Below, piece after piece: positions 1 to 9,456 of a DNA stretch of 64,000 nucleotides (its first letter is position 1; each line of letters opens with the position of its first letter). This DNA comes from Candidatus Velthaea sp. (lineage in GTDB: Bacteria; Vulcanimicrobiota; Vulcanimicrobiia; Vulcanimicrobiales; Vulcanimicrobiaceae). The position numbers were made by a program, and so were the translations under genes. Location: NCBI GenBank assembly GCA_050012475.1, contig JBEKHC010000039.1, positions 39,328 to 103,327 on the forward strand, written 5' to 3'. Under the pieces are notes generated by a model. That model had not been told where the DNA came from and ran no database searches. It saw only the letters and a list, made by a program, of their open reading frames with translations.

Positions 1-2
1 GG

Positions 3-464
3 AGCCCGGCAAAATCGAAGCTGCTGGCCAACGGCGGCGTGCCCTTCCGCACCTACGACAAGCTCGACGCTGCCGGATATGTCATCGCGGACCTCATCGT
101 CGCGCGCACCGCCTACGTGCAGCAGTATCCCGAGGCGGTCAGCGGCGTCCTGCATGCGTACGGCCGCGCGCTTGCGTTGTGGAAAACCAAACCTTCGGAC
201 GCGGCCGAGATCGTCGGCAAACAGGCCGGTGTGAGCGCCGAGGTCGCGCGTCACGATCTCGACGAATACGATTTCGTGCCGCTTCGCGAGCAGCTGACGC
301 CGACATGGTTGGGCGACCCTGGACACCCGGGTCAGTTCGCCGCGGTGCTCAAACGCACGGCAGATTTCCTGGTCGAACTCAAGAGCATCCGCTCCGCGCC
401 CGACCTGACGGCGTTTCAGACCGCAGTCAACACCAGCCCGTTGGCGCAGGCCGCACGTGCTTGA
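3..464 (+). CDS. ABC transporter substrate-binding protein, TauA/SsuA-like (5'-truncated by window edge)
   Basis: Frame is open from the window start; the C-terminal half resembles sulfonate/taurine SBPs; lies directly upstream of a TauB-like ATPase. Confidence 0.8.
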   Translation, partial: SPAKSKLLANGGVPFRTYDKLDAAGYVIADLIVARTAYVQQYPEAVSGVLHAYGRALALWKTKPSDAAEIVGKQAGVSAEVARHDLDEYDFVPLREQLTPTWLGDPGHPGQFAAVLKRTADFLVELKSIRSAPDLTAFQTAVNTSPLAQAARA

Positions 465-470
465 GCGAAC

Positions 471-1259
471 GTGACGAGTTCGCCCTTCGTCGAATTCGAC
501 GATCTGTCGATCGAATTCGCATCGAGTGACGGACCCGTCTTAGCGCTCGACCACGCTTCGCTGCACTTCGAGGAAGGCGCGTTCGTCTGTATCGTCGGAC
601 CCTCGGGCTGCGGCAAGACGACCTTGCTCCAAACGCTCGCGGGATTTCTCAAGCCGACAAGCGGCACCGTTCGGCTCGACGGCCGGGTCATCGACGGACC
701 CGGCGCCGACCGCGGCGTCGTCTTCCAGCAGCCGGCGCTTTTTCCGTGGATGACCGTGGCAAAAAACGCCGGTTTCGGTCTCATGGTGCGCGGCACCGCC
801 GACAGCGAACAACAAGCCGCAGTCGAATCATACCTGCGGTTCGTGGGTTTATGGGATTTTCGCAACCGTTATCCGTACGAGCTCTCCGGCGGGATGCAGC
901 AACGGCTGGCGATCGTGCGCGCACTGGTCAACGATCCCAAGGTCCTGCTCATGGACGAGCCATTCGGCGCTCTCGACGCCTTGACGCGCGAGAAAATGCA
1001 GGAAGAGCTGCACACGGTCTGGCGGCGCACGAAGAAAACGATCGTGTTCATCACGCACGGTGTCGAGGAGGCGGTCTACCTCGGCACCGAGGTCGTCGTG
1101 ATGTCGCCGCGACCCGGCCGAATCCTCGAACGCCTGCCCCTGCCGTTCGCTCGCAACGGTGAAGACCGTGACATTCGCGCCGTCAAGTCGAGTCCGGAGT
1201 TCGTCGCGCTGCGCGAACACGTGTTGTCGCTGATCTGGAAAACAGCCGACGCATTCTAA
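471..1259 (+). CDS. Nitrate/sulfonate/taurine ABC transporter ATP-binding protein (TauB-like)
   Basis: Walker A GPSGCGKT, LSGGMQQR signature, LLMDEPFGALD, GPGADRGVVFQ. Confidence 0.92.
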   Translation: MTSSPFVEFDDLSIEFASSDGPVLALDHASLHFEEGAFVCIVGPSGCGKTTLLQTLAGFLKPTSGTVRLDGRVIDGPGADRGVVFQQPALFPWMTVAKNAGFGLMVRGTADSEQQAAVESYLRFVGLWDFRNRYPYELSGGMQQRLAIVRALVNDPKVLLMDEPFGALDALTREKMQEELHTVWRRTKKTIVFITHGVEEAVYLGTEVVVMSPRPGRILERLPLPFARNGEDRDIRAVKSSPEFVALREHVLSLIWKTADAF

Positions 1260-1260
1260 G

Positions 1261-2964
1261 CTACACCCCGATCGCCATGCTTTGCATCGACTGGGCCGGC
1301 GGAAATGCCATCGCAGCGACAAAGACCTTGGTAAACCCTGGATCGGTCGCGAGCTCGATCGACTCGACCGCACGGGTTACGGCGAGCAGCGCGCCGCGGG
1401 CATCCGCGTTGACCAGCAGCGCTTCGGCGCCCGTGCGCGCGGTGTTGCCGACAAACGTGACTCTGCCTTCAAGTTGGGGCGGAAACAGACCAATGTCGAT
1501 GAGGCTGCGCGTCGTGAGGTGGTAGCCGAACGAGCCCGCGACCAGCACCCGGTCCAGATCCGCAGGCACGAGTCCGTTATGTGCGAGCATCGTATCGATG
1601 CCGGCCCGGACGGCTGCTTTTGCCAGTTGCACTTGCCGGATATCGCCTTGGCTGAGATACACGTCGCCGGACAAATGAAAAACCGTTTTTCCGTCGCGCG
1701 GGCGCAAGCGATCGCGTAACGCCGGCGACAGCTGCGTCACCTTGCGCGTGAACCGCCCCGAGCTTTCGACGACGCCGGTAACGACCATCGCGGCGAGCGC
1801 TTCGATCAAGCCGCTGCCGCAAATCCCGACGGCATCCGCACCGTCGATGGTCGCCACCCGGATGTCGTCGCCGTCGACTGCAACGCGTTCCACGGCGCCG
1901 CGCGCGGCACGCATACCGCAGGCGATGTTCATGCCCTCAAAGGCCGGCCCCGCAGCGGTCGATGTCGCTTGCAGCCGGCCGTCGCGCGCCAATACCATCT
2001 CGCCGTTGGTGCCGATGTCGACGAATAGCGTCACGCCGCCGGCGTTCGGCAGATCGGTCGAGAGCACGCCGGCGGCGATATCCGCGCCCACGAATCCCGA
2101 AATAAGGGGTGGAAAATAGATCTCGGCGCACGCGGCGACACGCAAACCCAGGGACCCGGCGGCGCGCGACTCATCGCCCGCGAGCGCCGGCGTGTACGGA
2201 AAACGTCCGAGCGGTTCGGGGCTGACGTTGGCGGCAAGGTGCATCATGCACGTATTTCCGGCAACGACCACTTCGTAGATGCGCCGGCGCGGAATGCGGG
2301 CTTCCGCGGCGAGCAATCCGATCATGCGGTCGATCTCGGCCATCAGCTCGTCGTGCAACAGCGCCAAACCGTCCGCTTGCGATGCAATCTGCACGCGCGA
2401 CAATACGTCCTGGGCGTGGGCGACCTGTGGATTGAGCGCGGCAACGGAACCGACGCGCGCTCCAGTCCCCAGATCGAGTAAAGAGGCAACGAGCGTCGTC
2501 GTTCCGATGTCGACTGCGACCCCGTAGAGGCGGGTCGTCGTGTCGCCGTTTTCTTCGGCCAGCTGCCGTTCACCCGAACTCACAATGGTGCACCGGCGCT
2601 CGTCATCGTAGCTTTTTCGAATGGCCGGGCGCACCGGCAGATCCAGCCGAAGACCGTCTTCGAGGATTCGCAGGCCGCGCTCGCCCGAACCCGGCAAGGT
2701 AACGTCCAGATCCCCCTCGACGAGCGTACTGCACAAGAGCACGCCGCCTTCCGCGACTTGCTCGCTCGAAAGCCCGCGGGTCGAAACGATGCGCGCTCGC
2801 GTCTGCCCTACCGCGTCCAGACGCACGCGGCACTTGCCGCAGGTGCCGACGCCGTTGCACGGTGCTTCCAAGCGGACGCGAGCCAGTCGCGCGGCGTCGA
2901 GCAGCGAGCTGCCGACGGGAACCTCCGCGCTCGCACCGGTGGGGAGAAACGTGACGATCGGCAT
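1261..2964 (-). CDS. ASKHA-domain [2Fe-2S] corrinoid reductive activator (RACo/RamA-like)
   Basis: N-terminal CNGVGTCGKC...LLC ferredoxin motif; VDIGTTT, VDIGTNGE, AAGPAFEG, GICGSG, QLAKAA motifs. Confidence 0.9.
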   Translation of the reverse strand: MPIVTFLPTGASAEVPVGSSLLDAARLARVRLEAPCNGVGTCGKCRVRLDAVGQTRARIVSTRGLSSEQVAEGGVLLCSTLVEGDLDVTLPGSGERGLRILEDGLRLDLPVRPAIRKSYDDERRCTIVSSGERQLAEENGDTTTRLYGVAVDIGTTTLVASLLDLGTGARVGSVAALNPQVAHAQDVLSRVQIASQADGLALLHDELMAEIDRMIGLLAAEARIPRRRIYEVVVAGNTCMMHLAANVSPEPLGRFPYTPALAGDESRAAGSLGLRVAACAEIYFPPLISGFVGADIAAGVLSTDLPNAGGVTLFVDIGTNGEMVLARDGRLQATSTAAGPAFEGMNIACGMRAARGAVERVAVDGDDIRVATIDGADAVGICGSGLIEALAAMVVTGVVESSGRFTRKVTQLSPALRDRLRPRDGKTVFHLSGDVYLSQGDIRQVQLAKAAVRAGIDTMLAHNGLVPADLDRVLVAGSFGYHLTTRSLIDIGLFPPQLEGRVTFVGNTARTGAEALLVNADARGALLAVTRAVESIELATDPGFTKVFVAAMAFPPAQSMQSMAIGV

Positions 2965-2967
2965 TGG

Positions 2968-4002
2968 TCAGGCCCGGTGCCCGGTCTTCACCGCGCCGGT
3001 CAGGGCTCGAATATTGTCGAGACCCGTCGATGTGCTGAGTCCGCAGGCCGGGGCGATAATGTCGACACCATCATGCACGAGCCGCTCGGCGCTGCGCTGG
3101 ACCTTGTTCGCGTCAGCGAATTCCAGCAGCGCGGTACTGAGGTTTCCCATCGTCGTGATTTGCGGATAGTCTGCTTTGAGCCGCACCAGGCTGACTTTCG
3201 CGTCGACGCTGATCGCATCGGCGTGCAGATCGGCGAGGTAGTGGCGACTGCGGCTCATATCACCGCAAATATGAACGATGACGGGCTTGCCCGCCGCATG
3301 CACCGCATCGCACAGCAGGTTGAGGTAACGCACCGCAAACGAGCTGAAAATCGCCGGCCCCAAGATCTCGCCGGTCGCCGTAGGATCGCCGATCGCGATC
3401 ACGTCGGCGCCGTTGCGAGCAACTTCCTGCGCGTAAGCGACGAGCAGCCGGGTGATGTAATCGAGCACGCGATGCGCGTCGCGCGGTTTGGTGCGCAATT
3501 CCTTGAGAAAGCTGAGCGGGTCGACGACCGAAGCAGCCGTGCTGATCGGCCCGGAAAGCGTCGCAATCACCGGCACGTCGGGGTTGCGCGTTTTGAGCTG
3601 ATAAGCGGCTTGAATGACCGTCCCGATGCGCCCGCTGCGCACGAGTTGCTCAACGTCGTGAATCTCCACGTCGCTCGACGAAGCATAGGCCTCCGCCGCG
3701 ATTTTCGGCTCGCACGAAAGCGAGCCCGAGTCGATGCGGCTGCCGAGCACCTCCGGCTCGACGGTCATGCAGAACGGAACCCCGAGATTTTCGAATCCCG
3801 TCTTCGCGCGCACGCGTTCGGCAAGTTTGGTCATGCTCTCCGATGAGTAGTGCGCTTGCGGCAGTTTGGGCGAGTCATCCTCGTCCATCACGCCGACGAC
3901 CGCCGCGTTGAGCATGCCACCGGTGCAGATGACGGGAGGCCGGTCGACTTGCTCGTTGGCGAGCACGCGCACCAGGCGTTCGCGCGGAGCAAGCTCAAGC
4001 AC
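2968..4002 (-). CDS. MtaA/CmuA-family (URO-D fold) methylcobamide:thiol methyltransferase
   Basis: VDRPPVIC, VPFCMTVE, Zn motif IVHICG and C-terminal APACG. Confidence 0.88.
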   Translation of the reverse strand: MLELAPRERLVRVLANEQVDRPPVICTGGMLNAAVVGVMDEDDSPKLPQAHYSSESMTKLAERVRAKTGFENLGVPFCMTVEPEVLGSRIDSGSLSCEPKIAAEAYASSSDVEIHDVEQLVRSGRIGTVIQAAYQLKTRNPDVPVIATLSGPISTAASVVDPLSFLKELRTKPRDAHRVLDYITRLLVAYAQEVARNGADVIAIGDPTATGEILGPAIFSSFAVRYLNLLCDAVHAAGKPVIVHICGDMSRSRHYLADLHADAISVDAKVSLVRLKADYPQITTMGNLSTALLEFADANKVQRSAERLVHDGVDIIAPACGLSTSTGLDNIRALTGAVKTGHRA

Positions 4003-5059
4003 GAGCGGTTCTCTCCGGCGCGAAAACCGCCGGCAGACCGGTCACGGCAGCGGTCAGTGCGGCGATGTTGGCCAGGCTGGTGGCGCTTGCCAAACCGCAA
4101 GCCGGCGAGACAACGTCGACGCCGCCGCGCACAAGACGGGCACCGACGTTTGCAATTTGGCCAGGCTCTCCCTGATGCAACAGAAACGTGCTGACGTTGC
4201 CTACCACGGCCAACTGCGGAAAGGCTTGGGCGAAGTACTGCAGCGACACCGCGGCATCGGGAATGAAACCATCGCAGCGCAACGTGCGAAGCTGCGCATC
4301 GACGCGGTCGAGGTGACCGCACATGTGCACGAGCACGCGCGCCCCGGTCTGCGCAACCGCGTCGATGAGCCGCTGCAAATGCGGCAGAACGCTGCGCTCG
4401 AAGACCGCCGGACCGGCGAGTGCGGGAGTGACCGTATCTTCGTGAATGACGATGACGTCGGCACCGGCCGCGACCAGCTCGCGCGCAAAACCGATCTCGA
4501 AGTCCGTGACGTGCTCGACGAGCGAGCGCACATCATCGGGACTTTTGCGCAGCTCGCGAAAGAACGCATCCGGGCGCACGGCCGCAGCCGCGACGCTGAC
4601 GGGCCCGATTAGATTCCCGATGATCGGTAAATCTTCCGCGGTCTCGGTCAACCGGCGCACCGCCGCCACCGAGATCCCGATGCGCCCGCGCTGCAAACGC
4701 TCGTCCACGGGGACGCGCGGCACGTCCGCACACCGCTCGTAGGGTTCGCGCACGACCCGTGCTTCCGTGGCCTCGTCACCGAGATCGACGATCGCGCCGA
4801 ATGCTTCCGCCTCGACCGTCGTGCAGAGCGGAACCCCGACCGATTCGAACCCGGTGAGACGCGCAGCCGCCAGCGCCAGACCGGCCATCGCCGCCGCGTC
4901 CGAATGCGCGTCGGGCAACCGGTAGCCCGAACGAATCACGACTTCCGCCGGGACGCCGCTCATGCTGCCGCCGCTGCAAATGACCGGGGGACGATCGACG
5001 GGGAGGCGCGCGAGCGCCTGCAGCAAACGGGCGCGACGATCCAATGCGGCGCTCACCAT
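3995..5059 (-). CDS. MtaA/CmuA-family methyltransferase paralog 2
   Basis: VDRPPVIC, VPLCTTVEAE, LVHMCG, SPACG; start moved to ATG 5059, just after the upstream gene's stop. Confidence 0.85.
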   Translation of the reverse strand: MVSAALDRRARLLQALARLPVDRPPVICSGGSMSGVPAEVVIRSGYRLPDAHSDAAAMAGLALAAARLTGFESVGVPLCTTVEAEAFGAIVDLGDEATEARVVREPYERCADVPRVPVDERLQRGRIGISVAAVRRLTETAEDLPIIGNLIGPVSVAAAAVRPDAFFRELRKSPDDVRSLVEHVTDFEIGFARELVAAGADVIVIHEDTVTPALAGPAVFERSVLPHLQRLIDAVAQTGARVLVHMCGHLDRVDAQLRTLRCDGFIPDAAVSLQYFAQAFPQLAVVGNVSTFLLHQGEPGQIANVGARLVRGGVDVVSPACGLASATSLANIAALTAAVTGLPAVFAPERTARA

Positions 5060-5064
5060 TGCAA

Positions 5065-6147
5065 CTAATAGTGCCCGTAGAGCCGGGCGGCCTTGACCAT
5101 GGTCGCGGCGCTGAGCAGGTTGCCGTTGGGCGGAAACTCGCAGCCGCTCGAGAGGATGAACCCGCCCTCGGCAACGCGGAAGGTTTCGATTTGCTGACGG
5201 CATTCTTCGAGCAGATCCGCTTGGCTGAACTCGTGACCGGCCTTCGCGGGGTCGATGACGCCGATGGTCACGACCTTCTTCCCCCAGTTCTGCGCGTGCG
5301 CCGTGAGGTCGGCCGAGCCGTAGGCCGGATACGCGTGCGAGATCGCAATCGGTTCGATGTGCTCGATTACCGCGTCGAAATACACGCCGTTACCGCAATT
5401 GTGCACGATCACGGGTACGCCGGCGGCGCGAACTGCGTCAGCGATCGGATGCATGAACACGCCCTCGAAATCGACCCAGGTCTGTTTCTTGAGAATCGAC
5501 GCCGAGGAATACAGCGGATCGAGGACGATGGCGTGCGCTCCCGCCTCCACTTGGGCGACAGCGTACTCGACGAGCACGCCGGTAATCGTGTTCACCGCTT
5601 CGAGCACGCGATCGGGATGGCGGATCAAATCTTTAAACAATTCGGCATGACCGCGAATCTGCGACAACACGCCCAACGGGCCATACACGAAACCCATCAC
5701 CGCGACGTCCTTGCCGCGCGCTTCAGCGAGACCGCGCACGATCTCGATGACGCCGCTGGTGCGGCGCGATTTGCGCGGATCGAAAGCGCGCACTTTCCCG
5801 TACTCCTGCGCCGTTGCAATAAACGGATTGTCGAAGTTCGGGAGCGCCGTGCTCCAATCGGGGAAGAGCACTTCTTGGCCGAAGTCTTCGGCTTCGACCG
5901 ACAGGTCGACCAGGGTGAGCCAGCCGTCGAACCCGATCAGTTCTTGCGCCGCGAGCAGGCTGGCCGTCGCGGCCTTCGCATCCTGCGACCAGCGGCCGTA
6001 CGAGATGCCCAAGACGCGGCCCGAGGCGCCGCAGACGAGCGGCGCCGCCGGTACCCGGTCGGGCTTTTTGTATTGCAGCGCCAGTCCGACCCGTTCGAGC
6101 GACGTCAGTTGGTCGCGCTGGGCCGTGGCGGTTCCGTTGGTGCTCAT
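5065..6147 (-). CDS. URO-D-fold methyltransferase paralog 3
   Basis: KPDRVP, DLSVEAEDFG, IVHNCG, GGFILSSGCE. Confidence 0.85.
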   Translation of the reverse strand: MSTNGTATAQRDQLTSLERVGLALQYKKPDRVPAAPLVCGASGRVLGISYGRWSQDAKAATASLLAAQELIGFDGWLTLVDLSVEAEDFGQEVLFPDWSTALPNFDNPFIATAQEYGKVRAFDPRKSRRTSGVIEIVRGLAEARGKDVAVMGFVYGPLGVLSQIRGHAELFKDLIRHPDRVLEAVNTITGVLVEYAVAQVEAGAHAIVLDPLYSSASILKKQTWVDFEGVFMHPIADAVRAAGVPVIVHNCGNGVYFDAVIEHIEPIAISHAYPAYGSADLTAHAQNWGKKVVTIGVIDPAKAGHEFSQADLLEECRQQIETFRVAEGGFILSSGCEFPPNGNLLSAATMVKAARLYGHY

Positions 6148-6806
6148 GCCGCGTGCACGACTTCAGTCAGGCGTTTTGCCAGTTGCACGGCGAGCGTCGC
6201 CTTCGCCGCGTAGCCGTCGGCTCCGATGCGGTCGGCGAATTGCTGCGAGAGCGGAGCGCCGCCGACGATCACTTTGAAGCGCTCGCGGATGTCCTCGGCT
6301 CGGAGTATTCGGACGACTTGCGCCATCTGATCCATCGTCGTCGTCATGAGCGTCGAAAGTGCGATCACGTCGGCATTCACTTCCAACGCGCGATCGACGA
6401 ACGTTCGGGCCGGCACGTCGCGGCCCAGATCGAAGACCTCGAAACCGGCAACTTCGAGCATGATCCGCACCAAATTCTTGCCGATGTCGTGCGTGTCGCC
6501 GGCAACCACGCCGATGACGACCCGGCGACCGCGCACGGACGATTCCTGACGAATATGGGGCTGCAGGATCGCGAGGCCGGCATACATCGCATCGGCCGCA
6601 ATCAAGAGTTCGGGAACGAAGTACTCCTCTTCGTCAAAGAGTTTTCCCGCCGCATTCATGCCGGCAATCAACCCATGTTCGACCGCCGCCCAAGCGTCGA
6701 GGCCCTGCGTGACTACCTCCTGCGACAGCTCGGCCGTCAACGGCTCGTCAAGCTCGAGAACCGCGTTGGCTAGAGCGGCATGCAGCTCATCAGGATCTTC
6801 GGACAT
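6144..6806 (-). CDS. Corrinoid (B12-binding) protein, MtaC/MtbC-like
   Basis: B12 motif GDTHDIGKNLV, LSTLMTTT, VGGAP; N-terminal cap EYFVPELL. Confidence 0.92.
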   Translation of the reverse strand: MSEDPDELHAALANAVLELDEPLTAELSQEVVTQGLDAWAAVEHGLIAGMNAAGKLFDEEEYFVPELLIAADAMYAGLAILQPHIRQESSVRGRRVVIGVVAGDTHDIGKNLVRIMLEVAGFEVFDLGRDVPARTFVDRALEVNADVIALSTLMTTTMDQMAQVVRILRAEDIRERFKVIVGGAPLSQQFADRIGADGYAAKATLAVQLAKRLTEVVHAA

Positions 6807-6853
6807 AACATCTCCTTCTGTCGAAAGCGGCGCGTCCGGACGGCCGCGCAGAG

Positions 6854-7099
6854 TCAGTCATCATCGAGCTGCGCGACACCATTCACGAGCTCGATCCTTT
6901 CGTGGCTGCAGGCACCGGCGCACGCCCCGCATCCCGCACAGCGTCCGCTATCGATACTGATGCCTTCGTCGACGCGCGTAACCGCGTCGTTGAAACACAC
7001 TTCCGTGCAAGGCGCTTCACAAACGCGACAGACCCCGTCGGACGGTCCGCGATCCGAAGCTGGTTGACCCACACCCGATGACGCCACGAAGATCGACAT
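6854..7099 (-). CDS. 4Fe-4S dicluster ferredoxin
   Basis: CRVCEAPCTEVC and CAGCGACAGAC motifs; first gene of the corrinoid unit. Confidence 0.8.
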   Translation of the reverse strand: MSIFVASSGVGQPASDRGPSDGVCRVCEAPCTEVCFNDAVTRVDEGISIDSGRCAGCGACAGACSHERIELVNGVAQLDDD

Positions 7100-7269
7100 T
7101 CAACAAGCGGTCTTTCTGATCGAGAGAACCGGCGCTCAGATGGTCGAGCATCGCGTCGAGCGCTTTTAAGTCAGTACCGACATCGACGTTCAAGCCGGCG
7201 ATTCGACCGCGTAGGCCGTGCCCGCTGGTCCGGTACCTTCGAGCCACACCGCAATGTCGCGTTTGGAAG

Positions 7270-7446
7270 AAAAATGACGAAGCCCCTCACCGAACCGGCG
7301 AAGGGCTTCTTCGCAGAATAGCGCGGTGCGCTAACCCGCGGTGAAACTCACCGGCCCATTCGAAGGGGCCGGGTACACCACTGCGCTAACGCACGAGAGA
7401 GAAGCATTGCTTAATGATAGTAGCTGTTTGACGGTTCATGTGTCAA
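7270..7446 (-). promoter_or_regulatory. Putative attenuator L1: promoter, leader MLLSRALAQWCTRPLRMGR (7407-7348), terminator 7309-7279
   Basis: TTGACA-18-TACTAT, ATG 9 nt later; single TGT followed by hairpin CCGGCCCC..GGGCCGG whose 3' side (CCGGTGAG) can alternatively pair with the terminator arm TTCGCCGG. Confidence 0.62.
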
Positions 7447-7721
7447 GCAGATGAATGCAGTTCTCAAACACATGTGCTAAAGCAATTGCTATGCTTTATT
7501 GGAATTAAATCGTTTGCTCCGCATGTTGCCGGTTTGCTCGCTGCGCGCTTTCGACAGGGATGCCGCGCTGCAACGAGCATTCGACGCTAACTTAGGGTCA
7601 ACTATAATTTAACGTAGGGCCGACAAAATGCAAAATGCCGGCACCCATTATGCAATCGCTGCTTAACTACTTCACGACGGAAGCGAACTTCCGGACGCGA
7701 CGTACGAGCAGCTCCGCCTCT

Positions 7722-8381
7722 TCACTTCGCGCGATGATCGATTTGCTGCGTGACCCGATCGCCGCCGGCCTGAACCGCGCACACGAACGCGATCAGCACC
7801 AGGACGACGGCGATCATCACGGTCGTCTCAAAGCGCTGATACCCGTAGCGGATCGCGAGGTCGCCCAAACCGCCCGCGCCCACCGCACCCGCAACGGCCG
7901 ACTCGCCGATGAGCGAGATCAACGTCACCGTAAAGCCCGCCGACAGCCCGGGGAGCGCCTCGGGAACGAGCACTTCCCAGACGATCGTGGCGCGGTTCGC
8001 TCCCATCGCGCGCGCCGCTTCGATCAGGCCTCCGTCGACTTCGCGCAGCGAGACTTCGGCGATGCGGGCAAAGTATGGGATCGCCGCGATCGACAGCGGG
8101 ACGATCGCCGCCAACGTGCCGATCGACGTGCCCGCGATCAGCCGCGTAAACGGAATGAGCGCAACCATCAAGATGATGAACGGGACCGAACGAAACGAAT
8201 TGACGACCGCGCCAAGGATCCGGTTGACCGTCGGTTGTTCGACGATTCCGCCGCGATCGGTGCATACCAGAACGAGGCCGATCGGCAACCCGATAAGGAG
8301 TGCGATAAGGCCCGAAGCGCCGACCATCAGCAGCGTTTCGAGCAGGGCCTCAACCGTGAGGTTAACGATCTGAGTTGAGAT
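7722..8381 (-). CDS. metI: Methionine ABC transporter permease
   Basis: RSVPFIILMV, GAVGAGGLGDLAIRYGYQRF. The expected start at 8381 reads ATC behind GGAGGT; the next in-frame ATG is 8327. Confidence 0.88.
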   Translation of the reverse strand: MSTQIVNLTVEALLETLLMVGASGLIALLIGLPIGLVLVCTDRGGIVEQPTVNRILGAVVNSFRSVPFIILMVALIPFTRLIAGTSIGTLAAIVPLSIAAIPYFARIAEVSLREVDGGLIEAARAMGANRATIVWEVLVPEALPGLSAGFTVTLISLIGESAVAGAVGAGGLGDLAIRYGYQRFETTVMIAVVLVLIAFVCAVQAGGDRVTQQIDHRAK

Positions 8382-9456
8382 AGCCGAGCACCTCCACGGA
8401 AGAAACGCGGTCTTCGACGAACGCGCGGAAGCGCGAAGCCACGTCCGGCCCAGTATTTTTCACGCTCACGAACAGGGTTCCGATCGGCTCGCCCTGCACG
8501 TGCTCGACTCCGCCCTCGAGCAGCGTCGCCGCGCCAAAGACTTGCGAAAGGTTGGCAAGGAGCGGCGAGCGCGCCTGATCCCCTTGCACGTCGAGGCGCA
8601 CGACGAGAGCATCGCCCGTCACTTCGTGCAGCCGTGCAGCGATAAACTCCGGCAGCTCCGGCCGCAACGCGCCGAGCAGCCTGCGCGTGCCCGGCGCCTC
8701 GGGCGCGGCGAACACCGCAGACACGGGGCCCGTCTCGATGACCCGGCTATTTTCGAGCACGACGACCCGGTCGGCGATCGCACGGATCACGCTCATCTCA
8801 TGGGTAATCAGCACGATCGTGAGCCGCAAGCGGCGGTTGATCTCGCGCAGCAGTTCGAGAATCGAAAGCGTCGTCTCCGGATCGAGCGCCGACGTGCCTT
8901 CGTCGGAGAGCAACAGCAGCGGTTCGGCGGCGAGCGCACGCGCGATGCCCACGCGCTGTTTCTGGCCGCCGGAAAGCTGCGCCGGATAGGCGTCGCCGCG
9001 CCCGGAGAGATCGGCGAGGTCGAGCAGTTCGTTCACGCGCCGGCGACGCTGGGCAGCAGCGATTCCGGCGATCTTCAGCGGCAAGGCAATGTTCTGCGCC
9101 ACCGTCTTCGATGAGAGCAGATTGAAGTGCTGAAAAATCATTCCGATCCGGCGTCGCATCGGCTGCAGTTCGCTCTCCGAGAGGCGGGCGATATCCACGC
9201 CCTCGATCTCGACCATCCCGGTGTCGGGACGCTCGAGACCGTTGAGGCAGCGAATGAGCGTCGTCTTTCCCGCGCCGCTGCGGCCGATGATCCCGAGGAT
9301 CTCGCCCGGCTGCACCGCGAGCGAGATCGCATCGAGCGCAACGTATTCGCCGAATCGCTTACCGACGTTGCTCAGCCGCAGCAGCGCACGCGAATCGGTT
9401 TGGTCGTCGACGGGCTGATCCCGGATAGCGAACGGCGACGCAGAAACCTGGCTCAC
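8362..9456 (-). CDS. metN: Methionine ABC transporter ATP-binding protein with C-terminal NIL-like domain
   Basis: GRSGAGKT, IGMIFQHFNLL, LSGGQKQRVGIARAL, C-terminal VEVLGY. Confidence 0.92.
   Translation of the reverse strand: MSQVSASPFAIRDQPVDDQTDSRALLRLSNVGKRFGEYVALDAISLAVQPGEILGIIGRSGAGKTTLIRCLNGLERPDTGMVEIEGVDIARLSESELQPMRRRIGMIFQHFNLLSSKTVAQNIALPLKIAGIAAAQRRRRVNELLDLADLSGRGDAYPAQLSGGQKQRVGIARALAAEPLLLLSDEGTSALDPETTLSILELLREINRRLRLTIVLITHEMSVIRAIADRVVVLENSRVIETGPVSAVFAAPEAPGTRRLLGALRPELPEFIAARLHEVTGDALVVRLDVQGDQARSPLLANLSQVFGAATLLEGGVEHVQGEPIGTLFVSVKNTGPDVASRFRAFVEDRVSSVEVLGYLNSDR

Noticed and set aside
7386..7439. Alternative L1 peptide MNRQTATIIKQCFSLVR
   Set aside because: Its start lies inside the promoter spacer, so this promoter would not transcribe it
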